Assembly (NCBI GenBank): GCA_002269645.1
Contig: NIVC01001075.1
Coordinates: forward strand, 124,001-188,000
Source of the DNA: Macrostomum lignano
Taxonomy: Eukaryota
Length of the DNA: 64,000 bases
Direction: 5' to 3'
Below the pieces are notes generated by a model. The model saw only the letters and a program-made list of their open reading frames with translations, did no database searches and was not told where the DNA came from. The position numbers and the translations under genes are program-made. Every line of letters begins with the position of its first letter. The first letter of the stretch is position 1. Of the stretch, positions 44,707-57,790 are shown piece by piece.

Positions 44707-45000
44707 CTGTAGACCACAATCTCCCTCTCAGAGTTCCTCAGCGCGGCCATGTGCGGCACCTCGAGCAGCACGGGACTGGCGAAGCTCCGGCAGCTGCAGC
44801 CGAACTCCAGGATCCGGCAGGCGAGGCCTTCGCCGTCGTTCAGCTGCGGCGGCCGGCTCACCCGGCCGGGGCGGAGCAGGCGGCACGTGACTCGGGTTGG
44901 CCCGGTGGCCGCGTTCGGCGGCACCACGATGCGCAGGCCCGGACAGCGGGCGCCGGTCATGGCGCCGCCTCGGGCGTCAACCAGGAATGAGACCAGGAAC
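44707..45000 (-). CDS. ank: Ankyrin ZU5-A (spectrin-binding) exon
   Basis: FLVSFLVDARGGAM..PTRVTCRL..GEGLACRILE; phase 2-2. Confidence 0.97.
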
Positions 45001-46589
45001 CTGGAGGCGTTGGGGACGCCATGGTACATTGGAATTGGATTTGACACAATTGGACAATAGGACACAAGCCTCGAGGTTTATATTCATCAACGTTCATTGT
45101 CATTCAGTTTGGACGTGTTTTCAATAAACATTAGTTAGACAAAGCTTTTGGCACTGCTGACACCTGACCCTGAGCACGCACACTTCTCATGTACATTGAG
45201 ACATGTTGATTTATATACCGGTAGTAAAATTGCTCAGATGAGTCCGAAAAATGTTGTCATAAAGGAAATGAGTGATGGGAGAGGATGGCCTGTGCCTATG
45301 GCCCACTGACGAAGGCGAACAACCAGAAATGTTTCGTGGTTTTACCGCAAATATTGATCCATAACAAATGCGAAAACTACGAGCACTAAGGACCAGCAAG
45401 TGACCACTTGGCATTAGGAAATGGGATGACGAGGCAAGAGAGTGATGAAGGCAGTGCTCATCAGCTTCGGCTGCTGTGAAGTGGCAGTTAAGAGAACTCA
45501 TTGTCAACCCAACCCCACAAAAAGTTTCCTGGCCGCCGGCTATGCACGCTCGTAGGCTACGCCTGAAGATTTTAACTTTCTGCCTGTCAATCAGCAATAT
45601 TGTGAGATAAATATTTGGTAGCAATGTCCATTTAAAGTACAAATAATTAGTGATATATACTATGTCAGATCGTAGTTTGAAAAAATATCTTACAATTTCC
45701 CAGTCGCAGAGGCTTCGCCATCGGTCGGTGGCTGGCACTTCACTGCAGTGACTGTCATCCCGAGCAGTTTCCTAGAAATACAAGGCCACCCTCCCGGCCA
45801 CGGTTTCTCGGGTTCTGTCAAGTAATACTTGTGATTCTAGAGCGTAGTTACTGGGTCCCGTTCGATTCGATCAAAGATCTGATTGACATTGTCCCAAAAA
45901 GGTCTCTGGTTGAAATACGTCTTGTGCAGTCCGTTCCTCTCCTCCCCAACTCAATCGCTACTCTTCCCCAATCTATGGGAGAGCGGCATTGGCTGAGAAG
46001 CGAGGAATTCAGGCGAGGGGGGGGGAGTTATGAGCGCATCCCAGCTTTTCCCGTCCCTGCCTACTGTAACTCTAAAGAAGTATTTTGGTCTGCAGCGGAC
46101 GTGGATCGGCTCGTGCGTACACTCGAGATTCAGGACACGCGGCCTTAAAGCAGAGGACAGTCCCGTATTCTCCTGCACTTGGCGCAGAAATCCAGGCCGG
46201 AGTATGAGGGAGGAGACGGGTTGTTGCCATGCGCTGTTCAACCTTCCCTTGTTTCGCCTCTGTATATGCTATTGCGTGCGACACATTACATTGACTCGTC
46301 TAGACTCATCTCTCAATTGAGGCCTTCTGTTTGTTCTCCAGCCTCCTCTCTTCCTCATCATGGCATTATACGTACGATAAAGTTTCTAAAATTAGAATAC
46401 TATATATTCCTATATACGTCTACGGGTACTAGCAAGTGCTCAAGTTTGATTGACACGTTAACTGCTTGGTTTGTACTTTAAAGTTGTGTCTGGCCGCCTC
46501 TTAGTCAGTAAGAATTGAGTGTAGTTGAAACATAGAAAAATTTAACATGGAGGCAACTTCATTTCCTGGAAAATAACGGAAACAGGAGG

Positions 46590-46825
46590 GGGAGAGAAGG
46601 GAGAGGGTGAGAAGGGAGAGGGTAAGAAGGGAGAGGGTGAGAAGGGAGAGGGTGAGAAGGGAGAGGGTGAGAAGGGAGAGGTGAGAAGGGAGAGGGTGAG
46701 AAGGGAGAGGGTGAGAAGGGAGAGGGTGAGAAGGGAGAGGGTGAGAAGGGAGAGAGTGAGAAGGGAGACGGTGAGAAGGGAGAGGGTGAGAAGGGAGAGG
46801 GTGAGAAGGGAGAGGGTGAGAAGGA
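46590..46825. repeat. 15-bp purine-rich minisatellite
   Basis: gagaagggagagggt tandem. Confidence 0.9.
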
Positions 46826-47329
46826 AGAGGGCGAGAGTGAGAGAGGAGAGAGATAGGAAGAGATAGGAGAGGCAGGGTGAACCAGGGACAGGAAGGCAAG
46901 GAAGATCTCTCTGACTCAGCCAGCAGACCCGCATGCATTTTATTCTCAAACATTAGACTGCCTTCTCGCTGGGTCCGCAGTCAGACCACACTTTCGCCTT
47001 CTCTCTAAGTCTGTCTGACTACTCTGGATTTGCATTTTTTGTTATGAGTCACGCGTGCTGAGAAAAATCATTCGCCAGAGGCCAACTTAAAACTAAATTG
47101 AGTCATTTGGCTTTTCCTGTTCCACACTTTTAATTTGCTGAAACTGCTCTTGGCGAAGTTAAAAAATGGGAGTAGCTCTCAGAAAATTCCAGCTTTGCAC
47201 GCATTCCAAACGAGCTCAATAAAACAAATTCTCCAGTTTGGAATATGAATCATATTTTATCTATTTTAAATTAAGTTTGAGTTAGGGCTAGGGTTCCGCG
47301 GTCACTTCTTGTCAGTCAGGTTGTTGGCC

Positions 47330-48350
47330 TGTCTCAATCACACTCCCTGTTTCAATCTCATTTCCTATCTCAATCTCACTCCCTGTTTCAATCTCACTCG
47401 CTATCTCAATCTCACTCCCTATCTCAATCTCAAACTCATTCCCTGTCTCAATCTCAATCTCTATATCAATCTCACTCCTATCTCAATCTCACTCCCTATC
47501 TCAATCTCACTCCCTATCTCAATCTCACTCCCTGTTTCAATCTCACTCGCTATCTCAATCTCACTCCCTATCTCAATCTCACTCGCTATCTCAATCTCAC
47601 TCGCTATCTCAATCTCACTCCCTATCTCAATCTCACTCCCTATCTCAATCTCACTCCCTATCTCAATCTCACTCCCTGTTTCAATCTCACTCGCTATCTC
47701 AATCTCACTCCCTATCTCAATCTCAAACTCATTCCCTGTCTCAATCTCAATCTCTATATCAATCTCACTCCCTATCTCAATCTCACTCGCTATCTCAATC
47801 TCAATCTCCATCTCACTCCCTGTTTCAATCTCACTGCCTGTTTCCATCTCATTTCCTATCTCAATCTCACTCCCTGTTTCAATCTCACTCGCTATCTCAA
47901 TCTCACTCGCTATCTCAATCTCAATCTCCATCTCATTCCCTGTCTCAATCTCAATCTCAATCTCAATCTCACTCCCTATCTCAATCTCACTCCCTATCTC
48001 AATCTCACTCCCTATCTCAAGCTCACTCATTATCTCAATCTCACGTCCTATCTAATCTCACTCCCTGTTTCCATCTCATTTCCTATCTCAATCTCACTCG
48101 CTATCTCAATCTCAATCTCCATCTCATTCCCTGTCTCAATCTCACTCCCTGTCTCAATCTCACTCCCTATCTCAATCTCACTCCCTATCTCAATCTCACT
48201 CCCTATCTCAATCTCACTCCCTATCTCAATCTCACTCCCTATCTCAATCTCACTCCCTATCTCAAGCTCACTCATTATCTCAATCTCACGTCCTATCTAA
48301 TCTCACTCCCTGTTTCCATCTCATTTCCTATCTAATCTCACTCTCTATCT
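47330..48350. repeat. Hexamer-derived (TCTCAA/TCTCAC) tandem repeat, ~18-bp period
   Basis: tctcaatctcactccctа-type units throughout. Confidence 0.9.
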
Positions 48351-48899
48351 CAATCATTTCTCATAGCTTCTATTCAGCAGGCATCCATCTCCGCAGAGTC
48401 CAATTTAAAAAAAGGACAGCTGCAGCCTTTGCAGATTTCTACTAGGAGAGAGAAATTCTAGTGAAGTCACTGTGCATGCTGTGTATATCCACGGTTTGGA
48501 AGGCCTAAGCTCGAGCTCGCCTGGGAGGCTGGCAGACTCGGATGAAGGAAGAAAACGAAACGAGACGCAATTTCCCTTCGTCAATCGAATAAACTCTGAG
48601 GACCGCCTGCTGCCTGGGCGGGCATGAGCGACCGTTGTCCCCCGAGGGCAGTGGGAACGGAACTACTTTATCCAGTTTTCTTAGAAACCGCGGAGCAGTG
48701 TTGATGCGGCAAGAGCAGTTGGAGTTCCTCAAAGGCTCAAAAAGGGAGATGTGGAGCTTGGGAAAAATGGAGGGCTCCGCTCGCTTTGAAGTTCGGCGGC
48801 TTTTGGGGATGCAGATTCACGCGAGGTGTACAAGAAAGTTCTGTATGTTGAACTGGACACAGCGGTTGAGGTCTGTGAATTTTCTGTGTTTGTAGATGT

Positions 48900-49270
48900 A
48901 GCAGATTCTCAGGCACTGAGGGAGAGGCAGATTCTCAGGCACTGAGGGAGAGGCAGATTCTCAGGCACTGAGGGAGAGGCAGATTCTCAGGCACTGAGGG
49001 AGAGGCAGATTCTCAGGCACTGAGGGAGAGGCAGATTCTCAGGCACTGAGGGAGAGGCAGATTCTCAGGCACTGAGGGAGAGGCAGATTCTCAAGCACTG
49101 AGGGAGAGGCAGATTCTCAGGCACTGAGGGAGAGGCAGATTCTCAAGCACCGATGGAGCGGAGAGGCAGATTCTCAGGCACCGATGGAGCGGAGAGGCAG
49201 ATTCTCAGGCACCGATGGAGCGGAGAGGCAGATTCTCAGGCACCGATGGAGCGGAGAGGCAGATCTCCAA
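48900..49270. repeat. 26/31-bp minisatellite
   Basis: gcagattctcaggcactgagggagag changing to gcagattctcaggcaccgatggagcggagag. Confidence 0.9.
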
Positions 49271-49328
49271 GCACCGAGGAAGTGTGAAAATTCGCTTCAA
49301 ATGTACACCCGAAGGCAGCGCAACTCAC

Positions 49329-49498
49329 CCGGACACAACGGGCAGCCGCTCCGTCGGTGTGTTGTCCTTCCCGGCGGTTACAGCGGCTGCGGCGGCGGCC
49401 TTCGAGCTGCCCGTCAGAGTCAGCGGACTCAGCTGCTCAGGCTCCTTGTACTGGCTGGCATAGGAGCTGGGCTCCACCATGTCCAGGACGGCCGCGTC
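49329..49498 (-). CDS. ank: Ankyrin linker exon preceding ZU5
   Basis: ccacag|DAAVLDM...LPVVSG|gtgagt; phase 0 to 2 joins SG|FLVSF as expected for ankyrins. Confidence 0.88.
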
Positions 49499-49519
49499 CT
49501 GTGGGTTGGGAATCGGCTT

Positions 49520-51066
49520 TGTACACCTATCTGAGAGTCTGTACACCTATCTGAGAGTCTGTACACCTATCTGAGAGTCTGTACACCTATCTGAGAGTCT
49601 GTACACCTATCTGAGAGTCTGTACACCTATCTGAGTGTCTGTTTACCTATCTGAGTGTCTGTTTACCTATCTGAGTTTCTGTACACCTATCTGAGTTTCT
49701 GTACACCTATCTGAGTTTCTGTACACCTATCTGAGTGTCTGTACACCTATCTGAGTTTCTGTTTACCTATCTGAGTGTCTGTACACTTATCTGAGTTTCT
49801 GTACACCTATCTGAATTTCTGTACACCTATCTGAGTGTCTGTTTACCTATTTGAGTGTCTGTAAACCTATCTGAGTGTCTGTACACCTATCTGAGTTTCT
49901 GTACACCTATCTGAGTTTCTGTACACCTATCTGAGTTTCTGTACACCTATCTGAGTTTCTGTACACCTATCTGAGTTTCTGTACACCTATCTGAGTTTCT
50001 CTACACCTATCTGAGTGTCTGTTTGCCTATCTGAGTGTCTGTTTACCTATCTGAGAGTCTGTACACCTATCTGAGTGTCTGTTTGCCTATCTGAGTGTCT
50101 GTAAACCTATCTGAGAGTCTGTACACCTATCTGAGAGTCTGTACACCTATCTGAGAGTCTGTACACCTATCTGAGAGTCTGTTTACCTATCTGAGTGTCT
50201 GTTTACCTATCTGAGAGTCTGTACACCTATCTGAGTGTCTGTTTGCCTATCTGAGTGTCTGTAAACCTATCTGAGAGTCTGTACACCTATCTGAGAGTCT
50301 GTTTACCTATCTGAGTGTCTGTTTACCTATCTGAGAGTCTGTACACCTATCTGAGTGTCTGTTTGCCTATCTGAGTGTCTGTAAACCTATCTGAGAGTCT
50401 GTACACCTATCTGAGAGTCTGTACACCTATCTGAGAGTCTGTACACCTATCTGAGAGTCTGTACACCTATCTGAGTGTCTGTTTACCTATCTGAGTGTCT
50501 GTTTACCTATCTGAGTTTCTGTACACCTATCTGAGTTTCTGTACACCTATCTGAGTTTCTGTACACCTATCTGAGTTTCTGTACACCTATCTGAGTTTCT
50601 CTACACCTATCTGAGTGTCTGTTTGCCTATTTGAGTGTCTGTACACCTATCTGAGTGTCTGTACACCTATCTGAGTTCCTGTACACCTATCTGAATTTCT
50701 GTACACCTATCTGAGTGTCTGTTTACCTATTTGAGTGTCTGTAAACCTATCTGAGTGTCTGTAAACCTATCTGAGAGTCTGTACACCTATCTGAGAGTCT
50801 GTACACCTATCTGAGAGTCTGTACACCTATCTGAGAGTCTGTACACCTATCTGAGTGTCTGTTTACCTATCTGAGTGTCTGTTTACCTATCTGAGTTTCT
50901 GTACACCTATCTGAGTTTCTGTACACCTATCTGAGTTTCTGTACACCTATCTGAGTTTCTGTACACCTATCTGAGTTTCTGTACACCTATCTGAATTTCT
51001 GTACACCTATCTGAGTGTCTGTTTACCTATTTGAGTGTCTGTAAACCTATCTGAGTGTCTGTAAAC
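49520..51066. repeat. 20-bp minisatellite
   Basis: gtacacctatctgag(a/t)gtct, about 77 copies. Confidence 0.95.
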
Positions 51067-51163
51067 CTACTCTCTTCTCCTGTTTTTGCCATCAAGTGTC
51101 TATTCTGCAGTTTATCCATACTAGTACGCGCTCGTATATAAGTATGCTTTAATGTAACATTAC

Positions 51164-51231
51164 CTTTTGAGCAGATAAAGTTCCCATTCGCTCAATGTCT
51201 CCAGTTGTCTCATCCAAACTCTTTGATTCAC
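51164..51231 (-). CDS. ank: Ankyrin 68-nt linker exon
   Basis: ttggcag|GTGAATCA...CAAAAG|gtaatg; phase 1 to 0 is required to join 55535 with 49498. Confidence 0.75.
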
Positions 51232-51477
51232 CTGCCAAAATGACAAAATAGTTTTAAAAACGTTACTCGTTATTAATAATAATTATTTTCAGCAGCGAAT
51301 TTAGAAACATGCAGAAATAAAAAGTGCAAAATTGCACCACAGCAGGAAGTTGAATTTCGATCTGAATGCGGGACAGACATCCGGAATCCATGCCATGGTT
51401 GGGATGCGCCGACCTGGGATCTGGGTTGCAAAACAGGCAGTTTCTGTATAGTAATTTGGGAGTCATACAGTTAGATA

Positions 51478-52280
51478 ATGAGTCAGACAGTGAGACAACG
51501 AGAGTCAGACAGTGAGATAATGAGAGTCGGACAGTGAGATAATGAGAGTCGGACAGCTAAAGAACGAGAGTCAGACAGTGAGATAATGAGAGTCGGACAG
51601 CTAAAGAACGAGAGTCAGACAGTTAGAGAATGAGAGTCAGACTGTTAGAGAATGAGAGTCATTCAGTTAGATAACGAGAGTCAGACAGTTAGAGAATGAG
51701 AGTCAGACTGTTAGAGAATGAGAGTCATTCAGTTAGATAACGAGAGTCAGACAGTTAGATAATGAGAATCAGACAGTTAGAGAGTGAGTGTCATTCAGTT
51801 AGAGAACGAGAGTCGGACAGTTAGAGAATGAGAGTCAGACAGTTAGATAACGAGAGTCAGACAGTTAGATAACGAGAGTCAGACAGTTAGATAATGAGAA
51901 TCAGACAGTTAGAGAGTGAGTGTCAGACTGTTAGAGAACGAGAGTCGGACAGTTAGAGAATGAGAGTCAGACAGTTAGATAACGAGAGTCAGACAGTTAG
52001 ATAACGAGAGTCAGACAGTTAGATAATGAGAATCAGACAGTTAGAGAATGAGAGTCAGACTGTTAGAGAACGAGAGTCGGACAGTTAGAGAATGAGAGTC
52101 AGACAGTTAGATAACGAGAGTCAGACAGTTAGAGAATGAGAGTCAGACTGTTAGAGAACGAGAGTCGGACAGTTAGAGAATGAGAGTCAGACTGTTAGAG
52201 AACGAGAGTCAGACAGTTAGATAACGAGAGTCAGACAGTTAGATAATGAGAATCCGACAGTTAGAGAGTGAGAGTCAGAT
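51478..52280. repeat. ~21-bp minisatellite
   Basis: gagagtcagacagttaga(t/g)aa(c/t) units. Confidence 0.9.
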
Positions 52281-52689
52281 AGGGACAGGGTGAGAGTCAA
52301 ACGGACGATTCAGAAATCAAGCGATATAGTGCGCAGGCTGTGCTTCGCAGTTCACCAGTCCCGCTCCTGCACAGCTAAATAATTCATGCATACCCTGTGC
52401 CTTTGCCTCGAATAAGATGGACTGTTTTATGTACCAAAGTAGCCAACTGGTCTGGCGAGTCATCTGTCCATTCGCAGAGGAAATTGCATCCCCTCTTCTA
52501 CCCCCTTTTCCGCGAAACAGTCTTTCTCGAAAATATTGCTACTGTAATGTCCCGGCGGTTTTATTGCATTGGGAAAAATTTTATTGCCTCTTTGGCCTCG
52601 CGGATATTTGGGTCATTAAGATGGTCTGATCTTAGCTCGCATTATCGAAAATATTGTTTTAGCTATCGTTTATGACAGACGAATGGACT

Positions 52690-52952
52690 AGCAATCCACT
52701 GCAATCCATAATCCATGTCTTTGGCTAGATTAGCAATCCATTCTAATCCATAATCCATGTCTTTGGCTAGATTAGCAATCCAGTCTAATCCATAATACAT
52801 TCTTTGGCTAGATTAGCAATCCATTCTAATCCTTAATCCATGGCTTTGGCTAGATTAGCAATCCATTCTAATCCATAATCCATGTCGTTGGCTAGATTAG
52901 CAATCCATTCTAATCCATTCTAATCCATGTCTTTGGCTAGATTAGCAATCCA
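52690..52952. repeat. ~42-bp minisatellite
   Basis: ttggctagattagcaatccattctaatccataatccatgtct, about 6 copies. Confidence 0.9.
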
Positions 52953-53023
52953 TTAATTCAAATCCTTCATGCAGAACCAAGGCGGACCAAAAAAAAAATG
53001 GGATTAAGTCAGACTGAACCAAC

Positions 53024-53134
53024 CGCGCTGTTTTCCCAGATTGGAAATTTTCCCAGCACCACCGGATTCGCGAACACTGGGCGGAGATGAAAATATTGGC
53101 GACGGTGGCATCGAAGTGACCTCGAAGGGCTCGG
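53024..53134 (-). CDS. ank: Candidate optional 111-nt ankyrin linker exon
   Basis: cttccag|..AEPFEVTSMPPSPIFSSPP..CGC G|gttggt; symmetric phase 1-1, weak donor. Confidence 0.4.
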
Positions 53135-53359
53135 CTGGAAGAGTTCGGCGAGAGGAGGAGTAAAACATGATGGATTCCTGGCCAGACTCAGTACGACAAT
53201 GTCCGCACAGTTTGCTTAGCATACAGATGGAGCCTTATCAGCTAAGTGGATCTCGCAGCCTAGGCTCAGACTGCTCAATAAGTTCAGACAGTTGTTTTTT
53301 CCACCTCTGACCAGCTCGGGCTAAAAGTGCATTCTGTCTGAGCTGGCTCTTAATGTCTC

Positions 53360-54715
53360 CCTTCTCCGTCACTCTCCGTCTCTCCCCTCTACGCTCGTAT
53401 GTCTCTCCATTTTCCATCTCTCCCCTATCTGTCTCTCCCCTTTCTGTCTCTTCCCTTTCTGTCTCTCCCCTTTCTGTCTCTCCCCTTTCTGTCTCTCCCC
53501 TCTCCGTCTCTCCCTTTTCCATCTCTCCCCTCTCCGTCTCTCCCCTCTCCGTCTTCCCCTCTCCGTCTCTCCCCTCTCCGTCTCTCCCTTTTCCATCTCT
53601 CCCCTCTCCGTCTTCCCCTCTCCGTCTTCCCCTCTCCGTCTTCCCCTCTCCGTCTTCCCCTCTCCGTCTCTCCTCTCTCCGTCTCTCCCCTCTCCGTCTT
53701 CCCCTCTCCGTCTTCCCCTCTCCGTCTCTCCTCTCCGTCTTCCCCTCTCCGTCTCTCCTCTCTCCGTCTCTCCCCTCTCCGTCTTCCCCTCTCCGTCTTC
53801 CCCTCTCCGTCTCTCCTCTCTCCGTCTCTCCCCTCTCCGTCTTCCCCTCTCCGTCTCTCCCCTCTCCGTCTCTCCTCTTTCCATCTCTCCCTTTTCCATC
53901 TGTCCCCTCTCCGTCTCTCCCCTCTCCGTCTTTCCCCTCTCCGTCTCTCCCCGCTCCGTCTCTCCTCTCTCCGTCTCTCCCTTTTCCATCTCTCCCCTCT
54001 CCATCTTCTCCTCTCCGTCTTCCCCTCTCCGTCTCTCCTCTTTCCGTCTCTCCCTTTTCCATCTCTCCCCGCTCCGTCTCTCCCCTCTCCGTCTCTCCCC
54101 TCTCCGTCTCTCCCTTTTCCATCTCTCCCCGCTCCGTCTCTCCCCTCTCCGTCTCTCCCCTCTCCCCTCTCCGTCTCTCCCTTTTCCATCTCTCCCCGCT
54201 CCGTCTCTCCCCTCTCCGTCTCTCCCCTCTCCCCTCTCCGTCTCTCCCTTTTCCATCTCTCCCCTCTCCGTCTCTCCCCTCTCCGTCTTCCCCTCTCCGT
54301 CTTCCCCTCTCCGTCTCTCCTCTCCGTCTTCCCCTCTCCGTCTCTCCCCTCTCCGTCTTCCCCTCTCCGTCTCTCCTCTCTCCGTCTCTCCCCTCTCCGT
54401 CTCTCCCCTCTCCGTCTCTCCCCTCTCCGTCTCTCCCTTTTCCGTCTCTCCCCTCTCCGTCTCTCCCCTCTCCGTCTCTTCCCTCTCCGTCTTCCCCTCT
54501 CCGTCTCTCCTCTCTCCGTCTCTCCCTTTTCCGTCTCTCCCCTCTCCGTCTTCCCCTCTCCGTCTTCCCCTCTCCGTCTCTCCTCTCTCCGTCTCTCCTC
54601 TCTCCGTCTCTCCCTTTTCCGTCTCTCCCCTCTCCGTCTCTCCCCTCTCCGTCTCTTCCCTCTCCGTCTTCCCCTCTCCGTCTCTCCTCTCTCCGTCTCC
54701 CTTTTCCATCTCTCC
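53360..54715. repeat. CT-rich polypyrimidine tandem repeat (14-15 bp)
   Basis: ctctccgtctctccc / ctctccgtcttccc units. Confidence 0.95.
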
Positions 54716-55036
54716 CCTGTTCTGCCCCCACAGCGCACCTCCCAGACTCGTGAAACACAAACAGGTCATAAATTTTCGAGAATGGAGTTTTCTCTCATTC
54801 AAATCTTTCCGCTTCCGCGACAAGGAAACTCAAACCCGCTCCGACGCAGCTGACAGATGAGACTCATATCCGTGCGCGCGTTTTATTTGACTTGTTTAAA
54901 TCAGCAAATTGATGAAGAAGTTAATTAAATGTAGCAATTCCTTTCGCGAAGTCCCAACACGTTTCTAAGAATCTGTCTGGCTGGCATATAAAAATAGAAT
55001 GCACTTTTAGAACGCGGGATTTTAGCCTAAACGATA

Positions 55037-55500
55037 GGCGCTGAAATAAGTGTCAGCTAAGGCGCTGAAATAAGTGTCAGCTAAGGCGCTGAAATAAGTG
55101 TCAGCTAAGGCGCTGAAATAAGTGTCAGCTAAGGCGCTGAAATAAGTGTCAGCTAAGGCGCTGAAATAAGTGTCAGCTAAGGCGCTAAAATAAGTGTCAG
55201 CTAAGGCGCTGAAATAAGTGTCAACTAAGGCGCTGAAATAAGTGTCAGCTAAGGCGCTGAAATAAGTGTCAGCTAAGGCGCTGAAATAAGTGTCAGCTAA
55301 GGCGCTGAAATAAGTGTCAGCTAAGGCGCTGAAATAAGTGTCAGCTAAGGCGCTGAAATAAGTGTCAGCTAAGGCGCTGAAATAAGTGTCAGCTAAGGCG
55401 CTGAAATAAGTGTCAGCTAAGGCGCTGAAATAAGTGTCAGCTAAGGCGCTGAAATAAGTGTCAGCTAAGGCGCTGAAATAAGGGTCAGCTAAGGCGCTAA
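55037..55500. repeat. 24-bp minisatellite
   Basis: ggcgctgaaataagtgtcagctaa, about 19 near-identical copies. Confidence 0.95.
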
Positions 55501-55534
55501 ACTACAAAACCCACAAAAAGCATGCAAACCTTAC

Positions 55535-55733
55535 CGGCCTCCTCCTCAGAGTCGGACATGTTTTGCTCGGCCAAAGTGTCCGGCCGGCACATCTCCACAG
55601 TCTCCTCAATGGTGGTCAATTCTTCCTCCTCCCAGGTGCGCACCTGGCTGCTGCCACCGCCGCTGCTACGGAGCGCCTCGAAGACTTCGCGGTGGCCGCG
55701 GCAGCGGGCGAGCTGAGCCGGCGTGTGGCCGCG
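55535..55733 (-). CDS. ank: Ankyrin last ANK repeat and start of linker
   Basis: RGHTPAQLARCRGH..NMSDSEEEAG (compare vertebrate LDVSDEEG); phase 0 to 1. Confidence 0.9.
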
Positions 55734-56019
55734 CTGAGGTGCGAGCGGATTTTTGTCTTCTTGAGCAAAATTTAGTTGACATATACTCATAGGTCTACTT
55801 ATTAGTAGGCTACTATCAGTAGTATGGTGCGTGTGTGAAAGAATATGTGGATTCAGCACATTCTAATTTTTAAGTAATTCGTTTCGCAATTTATTTTATT
55901 TCGAAAGTTTTTATACGAGCGTATAAGGTGCTTTGATTCCTGTCTGTCTCTCCCCACTCCGTCTCTCCCCTCTCCGTCTCTCCCCTCTCCCCTCTCCATC
56001 TCTACCCTCTCCGTCTCTA

Positions 56020-56268
56020 ATTGATTACACCTGCCCTAATAGCAGAAGGCTGAAGGCTGCGTACGGCTGTTCAGTCCAAGGACTGGAGGGTCGCCACACA
56101 CACCCTCAATTACCCCAGCTAATGCTGGCACCCATTTTACTGAAACTGAAGCAATGCAGAGAGTTAAGTGTCTTGCTCAAGGAAACAAATTTTTCCGAGT
56201 GGAGAGAGAATCGAACTCCCGACCTTGAAGTCGTGAGTCCGACGCTCGGACCACTAGGCTACAACCCC
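56020..56268 (-). mobile_element. tRNA-derived SINE
   Basis: A box TAGCCTAGTGG, B box GAGTTCGATTC, then CCTTGAGCAAGACACTTAAC core-like motif; lacks a proper tRNA 3' acceptor stem. Confidence 0.75.
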
Positions 56269-56281
56269 CCCTCATGCTCAC

Positions 56282-56551
56282 CGAATTCAGCGGGCTGGGC
56301 TCAACCCCAGCTGCCAGCAGCGCCAGCACGAGCTGCAGGTGGCCCTCCTGCGCTGCCAGGTGCAACGGCGTGGCGCCGCCGGCGTTGTCCCGCGCCGAGG
56401 CCGCGGCGCCGTGGCCAAGCAGGAAGCGCGCGGTTGAGAGGCGACCAAAAAAGCAGGCAGCGTGCAGCGGGGTGAAGCCGGCCCGAGTTGTTGGGTCAAC
56501 CTGGGCGCCGTGGTGAACCACCAGCGACTCCGCCACGGCTAGACGGTCCTC
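56282..56551 (-). CDS. ank: Ankyrin repeat exon
   Basis: EDRLAVAE..GFTPLHAACFFG..TPLHLAAQEGH; 270 nt, phase 0-0. Confidence 0.95.
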
Positions 56552-56909
56552 CTGCGGTAGTTGAGCGGGGTTCGCTTGCACTCACTTGCTCTCTTGCATA
56601 GCGCTATATGGGGCTTTACTTAGATTAGACAGCATGCCCTAAGGAGACAGGAACAGATGAAAATTTCACCAAATAAACTTGTGAGTTTTACTCCAGATTT
56701 ACTCATAATAATCAACTCCAGAACACTTGCGCTTCGCATCCTATTCTAACTCACTAGTAGCCGTCTTTTCACTTTGTTTTTCCTAAAATTTAAAAGCTAG
56801 ATGTTGCAATAGAAATTTTTCCTAAAGAAGAGAATGTGGACGAAACCTACATAAAAGTTTACTGCATTCGTCCTTGACCAGGAGTTGTCGCAACTTTGCT
56901 TTCACTGAC

Positions 56910-57506
56910 CTGTGCTGCCAGGTGTAGCGGCGCAACTCCTCCTGTGGAGGCCTGGTCAACTCTGGCGCCACGGTTCACCAGCAGGTCGCACAACTCCGCG
57001 TGGCCCTCCTGCGCCGCCAGGTGCAGAGGAGCGAAGCCGCTCTTGGAGGCGGCGACAGCAGCGCCGGAGGCAGCGGCGTCCAGCAGGCAAGCGGCGAGGT
57101 CGACGGCGCCCCGTCTGGCTGCGATGTGCACCGGCGTGTAGCCGTTGCTGGCGGCGCACAGAGCGCTGGCACCGGCCTCGAGTAGGGCCTGAGCGGCCGA
57201 CAGACGGTGGTAATGCGCCGCCAGATGCAGCGGCGTCAGGCCGTTCCGACCGCGAGCGTTCGCGTCGGCCTTGACGGCTGAAGCCGGCCCGGAGCGGCTG
57301 GTTGTCGTCAGCAGCAGCTGTCGGATGACTCCAGCTCGGTCGTATTTCGCCGCGGTGTGCAACGGCGTTGCTCCTCGACGCGTGGCTGCATGAGGGTCAG
57401 CGCCCGCGTCCAGCAGTAGCCGGACAACGGTCTCGTGGCCCTCCTTGGCTGCCGCGTGCAACGGCGTGTAGGCGTCCTTGCTGGTGGCGTTGGGGTCCGC
57501 GCCGGC
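56910..57506 (-). CDS. ank: Ankyrin repeat exon
   Basis: Consecutive TPLH..A repeats; 597 nt, phase 0-0. Confidence 0.95.
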
Positions 57507-57619
57507 CTGTCGGTTGATTGATTTGGGTTTGAACGAGTCAGAAGTTATTCGCTAAAGCTTAGCGTAACTTTCAACTCAATTTAACAGCATGAATATGAGG
57601 GTCGTAGTTGACCCAAGGA

Positions 57620-57790
57620 GGTTCATAACCCAGTGGTCCAAAGCGGTGCTCTCATGTTCCAGCGGCCCAGGCTCGATTCCAAGTGCAGTCACATTAAGTT
57701 GGGGCTAAATTGGAAGCTCGGCTTGGCTCTGCTCGTGCAATTAACGCCTTGAAGTGTACATGCCTAACGATAAATACAGTTAGGGTCGCT
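57620..57790 (+). mobile_element. Degenerate tRNA-derived SINE
   Basis: A-box-like TAACCCAGTGG (57626) and B-box-like GGCTCGATTCC (57670). Confidence 0.5.

Noticed and set aside
46501-48275. (LTLSL)n, (ERVRR)n and (ISISLP)n ORFs
   Set aside because: Translations of simple repeats.
53238-54853. 437-506-aa RGE-rich and SPL-rich ORFs
   Set aside because: Translations of the CT-rich tandem repeat in several frames.
56190-56268. Possible tRNA gene
   Set aside because: A and B boxes are present but there is no complete cloverleaf or acceptor stem, and it continues into a SINE-like body.
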